Source: Octopus bimaculoides (Eukaryota). Taken from it: a stretch of 55,411 bases of DNA. The position numbers were made by a program, and so were the translations under genes. This document shows, in pieces, positions 12,921 through 26,600 of this stretch. The DNA lies in the NCBI RefSeq assembly GCF_001194135.2, contig NC_069002.1, positions 4,817,618 to 4,873,028 on the forward strand, read 5' to 3'. Under the pieces are notes generated by a model. That model saw only the letters and a list, made by a program, of their open reading frames with translations, did no database searches and was not told where the DNA came from. Position 1 is the first letter of the stretch; each line of letters starts with the position of its first letter.

Positions 12921-13468
12921 AAAACACACAGGTACACACTGACTGTATATGAGTATGCACATACAGAGAATGGTAATATCGATGTTTGTAGGTATATGTG
13001 AGATTGTCAGGTCAGAATATCTGTCTGAATGGTCTCAGAGAAAATCCGATTCCAAACTTTCCCATGTTTTAATTTTATTAAAAAAATAAAACATCTCAAG
13101 ACACAGAACAACAACAAACAAACAAACAAACAAAAAGGATTCCAACATTTACAAAATTGAGAGAAAGAGAAAAAAAAGAGAGAGAGGTGGGGTAGGGAAG
13201 GAGAGGATGTGTAGCTACAGTTATTAAATGTTTGTAACGAAGGAGGTTACAACCAAAGCAAGACAAAAATGCGCCAATTCTGGTCTCCCCGCCATCAGCT
13301 AAGCCTGGAAGCATACCCACTGTGTCGTCCTGTCAGTCTCGTCCAGCCACCCTGCCCAAAACAAGCCTCTTGTCTTTGAGTTCTTCTTCCGCTGTACTCC
13401 TCCTCCCTGACATACAGGAATGCTGGTTTGGTGGTTTAGTAAGGGAGGGCCACCACCGCCCCCAACCC

Positions 13469-14057
13469 NNNNNNNNNNNNNNNNNNNNNNNNNNNNNNNN
13501 NNNNNNNNNNNNNNNNNNNNNNNNNNNNNNNNNNNNNNNNNNNNNNNNNNNNNNNNNNNNNNNNNNNNNNNNNNNNNNNNNNNNNNNNNNNNNNNNNNNN
13601 NNNNNNNNNNNNNNNNNNNNNNNNNNNNNNNNNNNNNNNNNNNNNNNNNNNNNNNNNNNNNNNNNNNNNNNNNNNNNNNNNNNNNNNNNNNNNNNNNNNN
13701 NNNNNNNNNNNNNNNNNNNNNNNNNNNNNNNNNNNNNNNNNNNNNNNNNNNNNNNNNNNNNNNNNNNNNNNNNNNNNNNNNNNNNNNNNNNNNNNNNNNN
13801 NNNNNNNNNNNNNNNNNNNNNNNNNNNNNNNNNNNNNNNNNNNNNNNNNNNNNNNNNNNNNNNNNNNNNNNNNNNNNNNNNNNNNNNNNNNNNNNNNNNN
13901 NNNNNNNNNNNNNNNNNNNNNNNNNNNNNNNNNNNNNNNNNNNNNNNNNNNNNNNNNNNNNNNNNNNNNNNNNNNNNNNNNNNNNNNNNNNNNNNNNNNN
14001 NNNNNNNNNNNNNNNNNNNNNNNNNNNNNNNNNNNNNNNNNNNNNNNNNNNNNNNNN
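13469..14057. other. Assembly gap; others at 4341-4705, 42645-43396, 45751-45760, 49371-49380, 52377-52413, 54119-54219
   Basis: runs of N. Confidence 0.99.
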
Positions 14058-14546
14058 TGCTGGACAAACATTTATTATTCTCGACACTATCTATCTATTC
14101 ACAATCAACACCACACCTCCAGGCGCTCGACTGGCCCAATTACACAGCCAGCCCATTCTTGCCCTGTCTGCCAAACATATTTAATACTGCCATTGTGATT
14201 TTTAGTTCCTTCCAAAATTCTATGCCCTAAAAATCCCAAAAGGGACCCTTTTTTTTCCCCCTCATTTGTTTCTTGCTTATTTTAAATTCATATATTTACT
14301 CTTTTTTTTTTTTTAAATAATTCTTTAAACATTATTCATCATTGTCTTCATTTCATCAGCAGCATCCTCATCCTCATCAACATCATCATCATTAGCAGCA
14401 GAAGTAGATGTTATAGTAGTAGTCGTCGTCGTCATCGTTGTAGTCAGAGCAGCTGCAGAGATGTTTCCCTAGCAGTGTTGTTGTTGCTGTTGTTGTTGTA
14501 ATTTAATAGTGACAGAGACTGAGCTAGAGAAGTGACAAAGGAGGAT

Positions 14547-14661
14547 CTATGTGTAACTCATCATATCAAGTGAAGCCGAGGAGGCTGGCGCTGTACTGTT
14601 GCTGGGTGTTTTCAGACTGTCGTTAACATCTCTCCTGAACACTGACAGATTCTGAGTAAAT
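14547..14661 (-). CDS. XPO7: XPO7 last coding exon [38 protein letters not shown]
   Basis: tttcag| acceptor, conserved FTQNLS.FRR.VNDS.K and terminal DMMS; TAG at 14549-14547; follows a 9.2 kb intron. Confidence 0.95.
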
Positions 14662-17600
14662 CTGAAACGACACGAAAAAAAGCCAAAAATCTCAAAATGA
14701 CATCAGGGTTATAAAGGAGGGTGGGGGGAAAGAAAAAGAAGAAAAAAAATTAAAATGCTGCACAATAGATATCTACTACAATAATACTCTTGTGTTTTTC
14801 TCTGTCACAAAAGGGTCTATGTACAAAGCCAGCAATTTCAAGGGAAGAGAGGTCAGGGTTAGTCAATGACATCCGGCCACAGTACTTGACCAGTATTTTT
14901 ATTTCATCAACCCCAAAAGGATGAAAAGCGAAGTTGAACTCGGAACAGACGGAGCCAGAAGAAATGCTACTAAGAGCTTTGTCCAAAATGTTAATTATTC
15001 GACCAGCTTGCTGCCCTAACAATAATAATAATGGGTTCAAATTTTAGGGGGAAGAGAGTAAGGGGTAAGTAGCTTACATTGATCCCCAGCGATCAACTGG
15101 TACCTATTTTATCGACCCTGAAAGGATGAAAGGCAAAATTGACCTCAACAGTATTTGAACTCGGAATGTACAGAGCTAGAAAAAAATACTGCTAAGCATT
15201 TTGCCTGAAATGTTAACAATTGTGCCAACTCATCGCCCAATAATTATTACCACCATAACATCTGATAATAATAATTCCCTTCTGTGAGGAGTAAATTTCA
15301 TCACCCCTAGTACCTGACTGGTACCTTACTCCATCAACACAGAATGTAAAATAACTGCTTCCTAAAAATTTGTTTGGTGACCTGTATATTTGTGATTGTG
15401 CTTATACAGCTATGCACCAAGTTATCTTTCAGCATATTGAATACGTGAGGGGAGAGACGGGTATTTTTTTTTTAAATTTATAAACTTAGGATAAATGCAC
15501 AGCGAAATATAAATAGAACATCAGCCATTGACTGAAGTTGTCCCCCCCCCTTCTTTTTATCTTCTCCTCTCACCACCTCATTTTTCCTAGTAAATATGTA
15601 AGACAGATAACTCCAGACCTGTTTCTCCTTGACTGAGCATCATCAGCAGAAGTGTATCAAAGTTGTAGCAAATAAATGGCCAAATAAATATATAGAGTCA
15701 TTGCAGCTGAAAGAGTGAATTGTTTAGGAAAGTAGCTAACTATAAAATATTGTCTATCCGCCTTATGTTTTGTGTGTTTGTTTGACCGCACTTGATCATG
15801 TGTTTATGTTTGTCATAGCCTGATTGATTGATTGCATGAGTGTGTGTGCACTTGATTGTATTTGGACATTTGTCTTTGCATCACTAACTGTGTGTGCCTA
15901 TCACAGTACACATGCATGTGAGCACATAGACACAAGTGCTTGTGTCTCAACGTCTGTATATTTGTGACTGTGCTTATACAGCTATGCACCAACGTAGGAT
16001 GCAAGCAGAGCCAAACAGTTAAGAAGCTCAGTTCACAATCCTGAGGTTACCAGGTTCAATCCCATTGCATAGCTTGTGTGTCTTGTTATATTTTTATAGA
16101 ATCTGGAGAAAAATAAAAGCCAATTGTATGTGTTTGTGTATGACAGAGTAGAGGAAGTGTGTTCGTGTGTGTGTGTGCATGGTGAGATAGAGAAGGGGTA
16201 TCTGTTTGTGTATGGTGAGGTAGAAAAAGATTGAGTGCATGTCTATGAGGTATTCGTAAAGTTCAAAGTCAAAGATTTATGTCAACAGATCATTCTTAAC
16301 TGTTGTTCCCTACAAAGGCAACAGATGTTAAATAAATCTGAACCAAGACCAATATTTGTATTCCTAAAATTGTCAAATGAAAATTAATTCACAATTCTAG
16401 AAACACCAAACTTTTCTGTTACTTTCTACAACACACCAACGAAGAGAGAAAGCTTTCACCATTTAAGCATCACTCTATCAACACATCACTGTACCCAAAT
16501 TATACACACACACACACATATATATGTATAAAAGTATGTATCAACATCGTCGTCATTTAATGTCTGTGTTCCATATATATATACATTATATAAGTGTGTG
16601 TATAGCTATGTCTATATATATGTTGTGTGTGTGTGTGTGTAGGTATATATATATATATATATATATATGTATCTATGTATACACACATACATGGCACCTG
16701 AAAATGAACAATGAAAACAAATTGGAAAAAGACATATGTATAAACAAGCAAAGATGAAAATATCACAGTCAGAATTTTAGCATTCTAATGAATTCTATCT
16801 CAAACAATACAAAACACATTATATAAATATACATAATTTCACCAAAAATACATAAAACAAGGCAATGTTTAGTTAAAAATAATATATTTTTACAAATGAT
16901 TTTTACTTTAATACATTCAATAATTTCAGATTTAAAACAAATAATAATGAACAAGGCAAAGCAGGGAAGATACAATAAATAGTCAAATAACAAAAAGAGA
17001 ATCGTCCATATTTTCCCTGTCTCACACACTGTCTTTTGGGTTTGTTTTCAACATCATTAAATATTAATATTATTATTATAAATGCTGTTTTAATCATGCT
17101 GTGATGAGTAAACAATGTTTTACTGTTAAAAAGACAGCAACGAAAAATGAAGGTAGGGAAGGAGGAAGAGTGAGAGAGAAAGGAATAGAGAGAACCACAT
17201 GGTTCCAGGTTCAGTCCCACCATGTGACACCTTGGGTAAGTGTCTTCTGCTATAGCCTCAGGCTGACCAAGGCCTTGAGTGGATTTGGTAGATGGAAACT
17301 GAAAGAAGCCTGTCATATATAGCTATGTATATATTTGTTTGTCTCCCACCACTGCTTGACAACTGGTGTTGGTGCGTTTACATCCCTGTAACTTAGCAAC
17401 CGATAGAGGTGGGTAGCTTTTCTAGTTTGTAAAATATAAATCTGGAACAAACAGATCATATTCACTGGTTTTGTGATGGTAGACATCGATGTAAGGGCCA
17501 GGTTGGATTGAGAGAAATGAGGAAAGACAAGGGACAGAGGGAAGGGCAAAGACAAAGGGTCGAGGGGGACATAGGAGGGTGTGATATCAAGACAGATGCG

Positions 17601-17841
17601 TTTATTTTGATATAGATTTGATTTGAGGTGTCAGAAAAAGGGGGAAGTGAGTGAGTCTGATTTGTCCCCGCAAAAACATCAAAGTCTTATTTCAAAACAA
17701 AAACGTCAGTTTGAAATTAGTTTCACATTTAAAACCTAGGTTGGATATAAACTGCAGTTATCACGTCTTCCAACACTCCCATGGATCTTTCTGAAAAAAC
17801 AAATAGAGGTATGAATAAGCCATGAACACCAAAAAACTGGG

Positions 17842-17881
<40 letters not shown>

Positions 17882-18048
17882 GAGAGACAGGGGGTACACA
17901 GTATTTCAGATAGTTCATAGCAAGGTACATAATATCATAGAGACATCACACCAGGGGGCGCAGTTAGGGCCATAGGCTTACATCAGCAGTGTACACAGTA
18001 TTACAACACACCAGGGGACATAGTATTAATGATAGATCACAGTGGGAG

Positions 18049-18106
<58 letters not shown>

Positions 18107-18149
18107 TTTTATACATTTCAGCCCTGAGGTTGTGGCCATGCTGGGGCAT

Positions 18150-18188
<39 letters not shown>

Positions 18189-19037
18189 GTATTTACAGAA
18201 ATCACAACAGAGTATACAGTAGGGTACATACTATTGCAAACACATCAAAGCAGGGTACACTGCCAGTATTGCAGATATATCACAATAGCAGAGTTGATAG
18301 AATTACAGACATATATCATGGTAGGGTATATTAGATGTATTGCAGCAGGGTACACAACCAGTATTGCAGACACATCACAACTGAGTACGCCAACAGTACC
18401 ACAGACACATCACAACTGAGTACTTCAATAGTACCGCAGCTGAGTACACCAGCAGTACCACAAACACATTACAGCTTAGACATCAGAGCATGCCACACAA
18501 CCAATATTAAAGACACAGCGTGACATACCATACAGCCTGTACTATGGACACATCACGGCTGGGTACACAGCTAGAATTACACAGATCATGGCTACAGTTA
18601 GGGGACATAGAGACATCACATTTGAGCATAAAGCTACAATTATGAATACATGGAAAGTGGATACATCGAGTACAAAGGAGGGGTAGACATTGTGGGGTGA
18701 GACCGATATAGAAAAAAAAAAAACCACACAAGGTGTTAATCTGTGAAGAAAGAAAGTAGAGTGACCTACAACAGACTCAATAGAATGTAACAGATGGACT
18801 TCTCACCTCTGTGAGCAGGTGAGAAGTTATCTTCAGCAACACTAACAACTACTACAACTGCTACAGATATCACTACCACAACTACTACATCTACTATCAC
18901 AACAATTATTACAACTACCACCACAGCTACCATCCCTACTACCACAGGTCAACTGAATGTTCTGTTCCAAGTAATAATAAGACCTAATATTACAAATTGT
19001 CTCTAAAGTCAGGTTTGTTTCTGTTTGTACCTAAGTT

Positions 19038-19082
<45 letters not shown>

Positions 19083-19319
19083 ACAGGGTGCGATGGGTAA
19101 ATTGTCGCCATTTTATGTTTTTCATTTCACACATGTGCATTATTTGTTTTTGATTTTGTTGACTACACAGTATAATAGGGTCAGTTGGGCACAGTCTGTG
19201 AGAAAAACAGCACCATGACACAATTCACTCTGCCAAAAATTTGAGGCGATATGCTGTATTGCTTGACATTCGCGCCAGAAGCTTCAATACAAACACTTCA
19301 GAGATCTGTGGTGTGTGTG

Positions 19320-19386
<67 letters not shown>

Positions 19387-22300
19387 TTTAGCCATACACA
19401 CTCATCTCTATATATAGCCACGCTAGTCATAGATAGTAACTTTCACAACACATATCTACATTTTAGGCCAAGACCAGTGCTATGAACTGGTTGAAATAAC
19501 AGCCAAATCCCCTACCCACTTAAATCACACCCTATTGCCTTAGTAAAAAAATCAAAAAATCAAGAATACGCTGTATGTTGTAGTCTTTGATATACCTAGG
19601 TCTGCTGAATCAAATTCTAAGACAGGGCTAAACAGAAGCAACAAGTCACATTCGTCTTTTGTTTCCAACCATCTCAGTGTTATAATTGAATGACCTCATT
19701 TAGAACAAGAACCTAAATATACGGACACAGCTGGGGAAATCATTGCTCAGTTGTTAATATTCCATTCTTAACTGTAATAAGGTGCCACAGGAAGCATACT
19801 TCTACCTAGCTGTAAAGAGGGACCACAGTGAGGCACAGACAACCTAATTGTAAAAAGGGACCACAGTGGAGGATACGCAACCCGGCTGTATAGAAGTTGT
19901 ACCCCAGTGAGGTACAACCTTCTTAGCTGTATATAGGGGTCCACAGTGTTTGGCACAGTCCACCTTGCTATATACATAAGGTCAACTAAATTACACTACC
20001 TAGATGTCTAGGAGTATCACAGAGAGGTATTGCGGTACCGCTATTAAGTACAGTTCACCTAGCTGCAAAGAAGGTGCTCAGAATTAAATACATTCTACCA
20101 AACTGAACTGAGGTACCACTAACCCTAATCCACTTAGCTGTTAAGCAATATTACAATGTGGTACTAGTCAACTTAACTGTAAAGTAGTGCCACAATATGG
20201 TACAGTCAACCAAGCTGCAAAGAACTATCAGTCTAGGTAGCTGTAAACAGGTACCACAATGATCTAACAGCTCAATGCTGTAAGCAACAGCAACACTGCA
20301 ATCCAGTGATTTGCAGTGTTGATTTGCAGTCACTTGTGTGCAGAAAGCTAACTGCAAATAGTGCAGCATCCCTACCCAACAGGCGATTTCTTAACCCTTT
20401 CACTGGCTACAGACAACCGAAAGGCTAAGCTTATTACAGTGAAATCCTATTTAGTCGTAGTTTCAAAATAACAAGGTTTGTATCGTTACCATTATTATTT
20501 AATGGCAGAGCAGGAATCAATTTCAACTGTATGGAGAATCTGAAAAACACACAAGAGGAAAAAAAAAGAAGACACAGTTCTTCATTAAATAAATTTAAAT
20601 AAAATGTGAATAAAAAATCATTTTTTTTCTCTACTTTTGGTACAAGGCCAGCAAATTTGAAGGGGAGGGGCAAATCAGTTACATCGACTCCAGTATTTGA
20701 CTGGTACTTTTATTTTACCAACCCAACCCCCAAAAGCAGGAACGAAAGGTAAAGTCGACCTACATAGAATTTGAACCCAGAAATGTAAAGAGATAGATGA
20801 AAGAACGAAAAGCATTTCGTCTGATGCACTAATGACTCTGCCAACATGTCGAGAATTGATGTAAATAATGTTGGGTTTCAAATCTTGGCGCAGCACCTGT
20901 AATTTCAGGGTGGCAGGTAGGTTGATTACATCAACCTCAAATGCTCGTCAGGTACTTGTTTTATTTACCCTGAAAAGATGAAAGATGCCTTTGGTGGAAC
21001 GTGAACTAGAAACATTAAAGATGAGATCAAATGCTGCTAGGTATTTTGTCCAGCGTGTTAACAATTCGGCCAGCTCACCACCTGATTAAAGTGAATAATT
21101 ATTAGTAACTGGAGAACAAAGGTAAAAATTTTGCAGGTAAGGTGTACAATAGCAGTGGCTAAATCCATACCAGACTCAACTAGTAGCTTATTTTATCGAC
21201 CCCTGGACACAAGACCCACAGTTCTAAAGCAGAAGATGGTTGTAGTTGACTGAATCCCAGTACATTACTGGTACACACTTCATTAATTCCAATGGGATAA
21301 AGAATGGCAAAGTCAACTGTGACAGGATTGAACCCACAACCTGGTCGAATGAACCTAAATGCTGTAAATCATTTATAAATACTCTACAGATACTATAACC
21401 ATCAACCATTTACAGGACAGTTCTTTGAATGGCACCATTTTGTTTTGCTCATTTCAACCACCAACACACTATACAACACAAACCCAATCAATACAAGAGA
21501 CAGTCACATCTACACATTACAGCCGCTTGCTCTATACATTATATAGTCATGCAGTTGATTACATTATACAGTCAGTCTATACATTATATAGTCATGCAGT
21601 TGATTACATTATACAGTATCCACAACATCATCATTTAATGTTCACATCCCATGCTGGCATAGGCGCACGGGTTGGATGGTTGGAGAGGATCTGTTGGACC
21701 CAAGGACTGGATGTTGTGCTCCAGCATATCTGCTTTGGAATGGTCTCTACAGGTAGATGTCTTTCCTAATGCCAACCACAGCTGAATGCCTTTCCTAATG
21801 CTAACCCAGGGCAGCCAGCAAGTACCGGCTGCCCCTTTTTTATATTTTTTTTTTTAAATCCATACCACCAGCACTACTGAGGTCAGCATGCAGCCCACAA
21901 GACTACGAACCCCACAGGAAGGGGCAGGTGGCTTGAAGCTAGGGGACAAGGGGTTAAGATATGAGAGAAAGCAGGGGTGGGGTGGAGACAGAGCCGGTTC
22001 TGGCAGAGGAGCTGAATGGTGATTCACATTCAGTAAGGAAAGGAGAGAAAGATCAGTAAGAGTTGTGAAGAGATAGTGAAGATGAGGTGTCCAGGTGGCA
22101 CATCTTAACCTGTCATCCTGTCTATACATTTATAGTCCACATAAGTCTTTATACATTAAACAGGTATAGTCTATACCTGTGTGCAATCACTCAGTCACAC
22201 AAGAATCACAAAAACAACAGAATTTTTTCCTGTTTTCATATATCAAGGATCAGCAACTTCTTTTTGATAAGGTCCACTCGTATATCATATCTCTTACATA

Positions 22301-23570
22301 TAAAAAAATATCCATAATATGGGAGTGTTGGAAGACGTTAAAATGAGGTGCTACTTTGAACTAATTAGATTAATAATTAATGTTAAAGACAAATAAAAAA
22401 GAAAAATTAATACATATATACACATATATATATATATGTGAGTGTAACCAACTCACCTGTTAACGACTTCAGCTTGCAAAATTCTTCAAAGCCAGGTAGA
22501 AGTATTTCATAACAAAACAGTTAGGGGAAGAGTCATACGCTCTCACAGAAGACAATAAGAAATGTATTTAATTACTTGTAATGAGGTCAATGACAGTGCA
22601 TCTTTACTACCACAACTCCTAGCACCTTCTAGTCTATCCAGTACACATTGCACTGATCATATCATCATGAATATATAAATGTGTGTGTGTGTGTGTGTGT
22701 AGGTAGTAAAATAAGGATTTAGATTAAATCGGGTACTTGAAAATGATATGTACCAGGTAGGGTTGGATAAACCTGTGGTTCCGGCCTATGGTTGGTAAAT
22801 ATCAAATAGGCTATTTCTGGTTGTATCAGGTCACTTAAAATATCATATCACAAACTATATTCTTCATCTAACCCCCACCCCACAATGATCAATTTTGTTG
22901 GTCATTCTCCCATTTTGACAGACTTCAGCCACGTCCCTGTTGCATTCTTGGGACGTTCTTTTGTTTGTAAAATTATGTTTCATCTGAAACGGTTTCGGAA
23001 TGCTTCCAAGGTAGTGTTCTTGGCTTACAATGAGAGTGACCTCCCTTCCCTAACAGACAAAATGCGTTTATCATCTCCCTTGATTTTTACTAATGCCAGC
23101 CGACAGCCAGGAACCAGGCAACTTGTTTTTCAGCATTTCACAGTCTGAGAGCCTTAACATTCACACATACAGGCAACTTTGAAAAGCTATGGAAAGATTG
23201 ATCGACATTACATAAATAAATAAACTCTACGATATTTCTGCTCTTTTTTCTCTTCTTCCTGCTTGAATTTCCAAATGTGTAAATGTGTTTGTTCATGTGT
23301 GTAAATATATTTCCTTGACTGTTCTCATACTGGGGCAGCACTGCCCTCAAGAGTATGGCCAATGACACCACCTTCCATTCATTGGTAGGTTCTTAATTCA
23401 GTGACGTCAGGAAAGAGAAAGGTAAAGTTCACCATGGAGGGATTTAAAAATTAAACAATAAATACAAAAAAAAAACCAGTAACCAAATGCCATCAGGTGT
23501 ATTTTGTTCACTTCTGCCAATCTCCCTCTATCTATACATACATACATATATATATGTTTATGCGTGTATG

Positions 23571-23604
<34 letters not shown>

Positions 23605-26600
23605 GTATATGAGAAAAGCTGAAAAAAAAAACCTGGAAATAAAGAGAGAGAGAGAGAGAAAGAGAAAGGAAGACATGATAACAACAAGAAAAATAAACTA
23701 AAAGAACGTGGAGAAAGGAAAAAGGAATCGGACAGATGCCAAATCCAATATTCAATGTTGTTCCTGTTAAACAGAGAGAGAGAGAGGGGGAAGGGAGAAC
23801 TCTCAGTGTAATCTGTAAAATATAAAAAGAAAATGTGATTTATATTGGGTGGGAAAAAAGAAGTGGGCAACAAGGCTAGGTTTACCTGTCTCGATTTTTG
23901 GTAAGTAAAGATCGTTCAATTCCCTCCATCAAGTTCTCAAAACATTGTGCCATGGCTGGCTGTTTGTCTGCAGGTTGGCTGGAAATGATGCTGTCTTTCA
24001 GTTTATGGAAATACTGAAAGAGAATAAGAAGGAAATAAGACAATACTACCAAAATAACAAACTACATTTACAACATTGCCAAAACCTTTATTACCATTGG
24101 GAACACAGTCAATGATGACAATCACCATCACAACCACTGTATTGAATGGCAATGGGGGTCCAGTGGGGGTAAAACAGGAAACAGAGGGATCCAGAGGTAA
24201 AAAAAAAATGGTTGAGAACCACTATTGCACATCACCGCCCCATTACTTTCTCATTTCATTACTGCCCACAAGGGGCTACACACAGAGGGGACAAACAAGG
24301 ACAGACAAACGGATTAAGTCGATTATATCGACCCCAGTGCGTAACTGGTACTTATGTAATCGACCCCGAAAGGATGAAAGGCAAAGTCGACCTTGGCGGA
24401 ATTTGAACTCAGAACGTAAAGACAAACGAAATGCCGCTAAGAATTTCACCCGGCATGCCAACGTTTCTGGCAGCTCGCCCCATTACTTTCTGAGCCACTT
24501 CTACACCTCTCATCTTGTCCCCTGGCTCACCATACTGACATTTCCCAAACCACACCTCCACCTTTCTTCGTCACTCCCTATTTGTACAACTGCTATGATG
24601 CGTTGACCAATTCCAAAGCAACAAACCAAAATTAAATCTACTCACATCTTCATTCAGCAAGATGAGGCCCAGGAGAGGCCGGGACATGGACCACTGATTA
24701 CGACAGTCTTCAAACATGATAATATTTAGAACGGTGGACAACATCTGAAACAGAAGGAAAACAACAGACAGGTGAGGCGAGATCTCTATAAATTACAGTC
24801 ATTTAATTTAATCAAAAATCAAGTGTGGCTGTGTAGTTAAGAAGCTTACTGCCCAACCATGAGGTCTTGGGTTCAGTCCCACAGCATGGCACTTTGGGTA
24901 AGTGTCTTCTACTATAGTATTGTGAATGGATTTAGTAGATGGAAACTGGAAGAAGCCCATCATGTGTATGTGCGTGTCTGTTATGTGTACCCTTGTCTAG
25001 AGATCATGTAATGGTTGCAAATGAGCATCCTTATCATCATACAGGCGAGGTTGTTTGTTACCTGTTTTCCATGAAAAACATTACCTTGCTCTAAAACAGG
25101 TGAGGTTTGGCAACAGGAAGGGCATCCAGCTGTAGAAAATCTGCTTCAACAAATTCCATCTCACCCATGCAAGCATGGAAAAGCGGACATTGGATGACGA
25201 TGATGATGATGATCTAATTAAATACTAATGGGCAACTGCTGGTCTTCCATAAACAAATTTGCCCAGATTTGTGCCTCAGAGTGTAGCTTTCTAGATGCAA
25301 TCCCATGGTCATTCATGACTGAAGGGGATCTTTACCCTTATGTATGTATAACAAGCTTATTTCAGTTACCATCAACCAAATCCAGGTATGTATGTATCTA
25401 TTCATGTATTCACGTATGTATGCATGCATATGACAAGCTTCTTTTAGTTTCCATCAACCAAACCCAATCACAAAACAACAAAGAAATAGTTGATCTACAG
25501 ATAAAACACCCCACCCAAACTTAACTGGTATTTTCATTTAATTTTATTAACTCTGGAAGGATGAAAAACAAAGATTATCTGAACAGAAATTGAAGCACTG
25601 CTAACATAACACACACATATATATAGACATAAGCTAGAAGTTTTCTCACCTGTTGTAAAATTTCTGGATGGACTTCAAGGATTCTGAGGAATGCTTCACT
25701 GTCTCGTATGCTGGTTGGGTGGTTTTTCTTTTTCTTTCGAGTTAGACGTCGAAATAGATATGTAACAATATTGTCAAGTATTGCACAACAGCCTGTACAC
25801 ACCATAGTGTCTAGATATTACAATTAGAAACACAGAACATGTATATAGATATATATATATATATGTAATAACCAAGTATTACATAACCAAATCAGTACAA
25901 ACTATACATACCATAGCGTGATTAGAAATAATAATAATAATAATAATCCTTTCTATTATAAGCACAAGGCCTGAAATTTGGGGGGAGGGGTTAAGTCAAC
26001 TACATTGATCCCAGTATGCAACTGGTACCTAATTTATCAACCCTGAAAGGATGAAAGGCAAAGTCGGCCTCAATTCACAGGCCATCATCATTGTTTTAAG
26101 ATCAATGTTTCCATGCTCATGTGAGCTGCAAAGAATTTTGTTTCGGCAGATTTTCAACAGTCAGATGCCCTCTCTCTCACCAACCCACACCAGTTTCTAG
26201 ATGAGGTAATATTTCCCCAGGGTCAGATCTATGCTGACTGAGGATAAGAAGGGACACTGCTTGCATGACATTGGCATTCATTTCCAACTATCACATGATG
26301 CTAAGAGAAGGAGACAATAACACACACGCAAACAATGGGCTTCTTTCAGTTGCTGCCTAACAAATCCGACCACAAGGCTTTGGTCAGCCCAAGGCTATTG
26401 GTAGAAGACACTTGTCCAAGGAGCCATGCAGTGGCACTGAACCCCAAACCATGTGACTGGGAAGCAAACTTCTTACCACACAGCCATGATATGAGCAACG
26501 ATAGCAAGAAAAAATAATCTAAAAACACAATGTGGTGACCATGTCTTGCTGAAATAATTAACTCTGATGTGGACTAATTAATGAGTTACAGGTCTATGGA

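Noticed and set aside
13299-14230. Long ORFs of 211-302 aa
   Set aside because: Artefacts of reading through the N gap; same for 4281-4712, 42632-43417 and 53949-54321.
24076-24606. 176-aa plus-strand ORF
   Set aside because: Spans a family-D SINE and low-complexity flanks.
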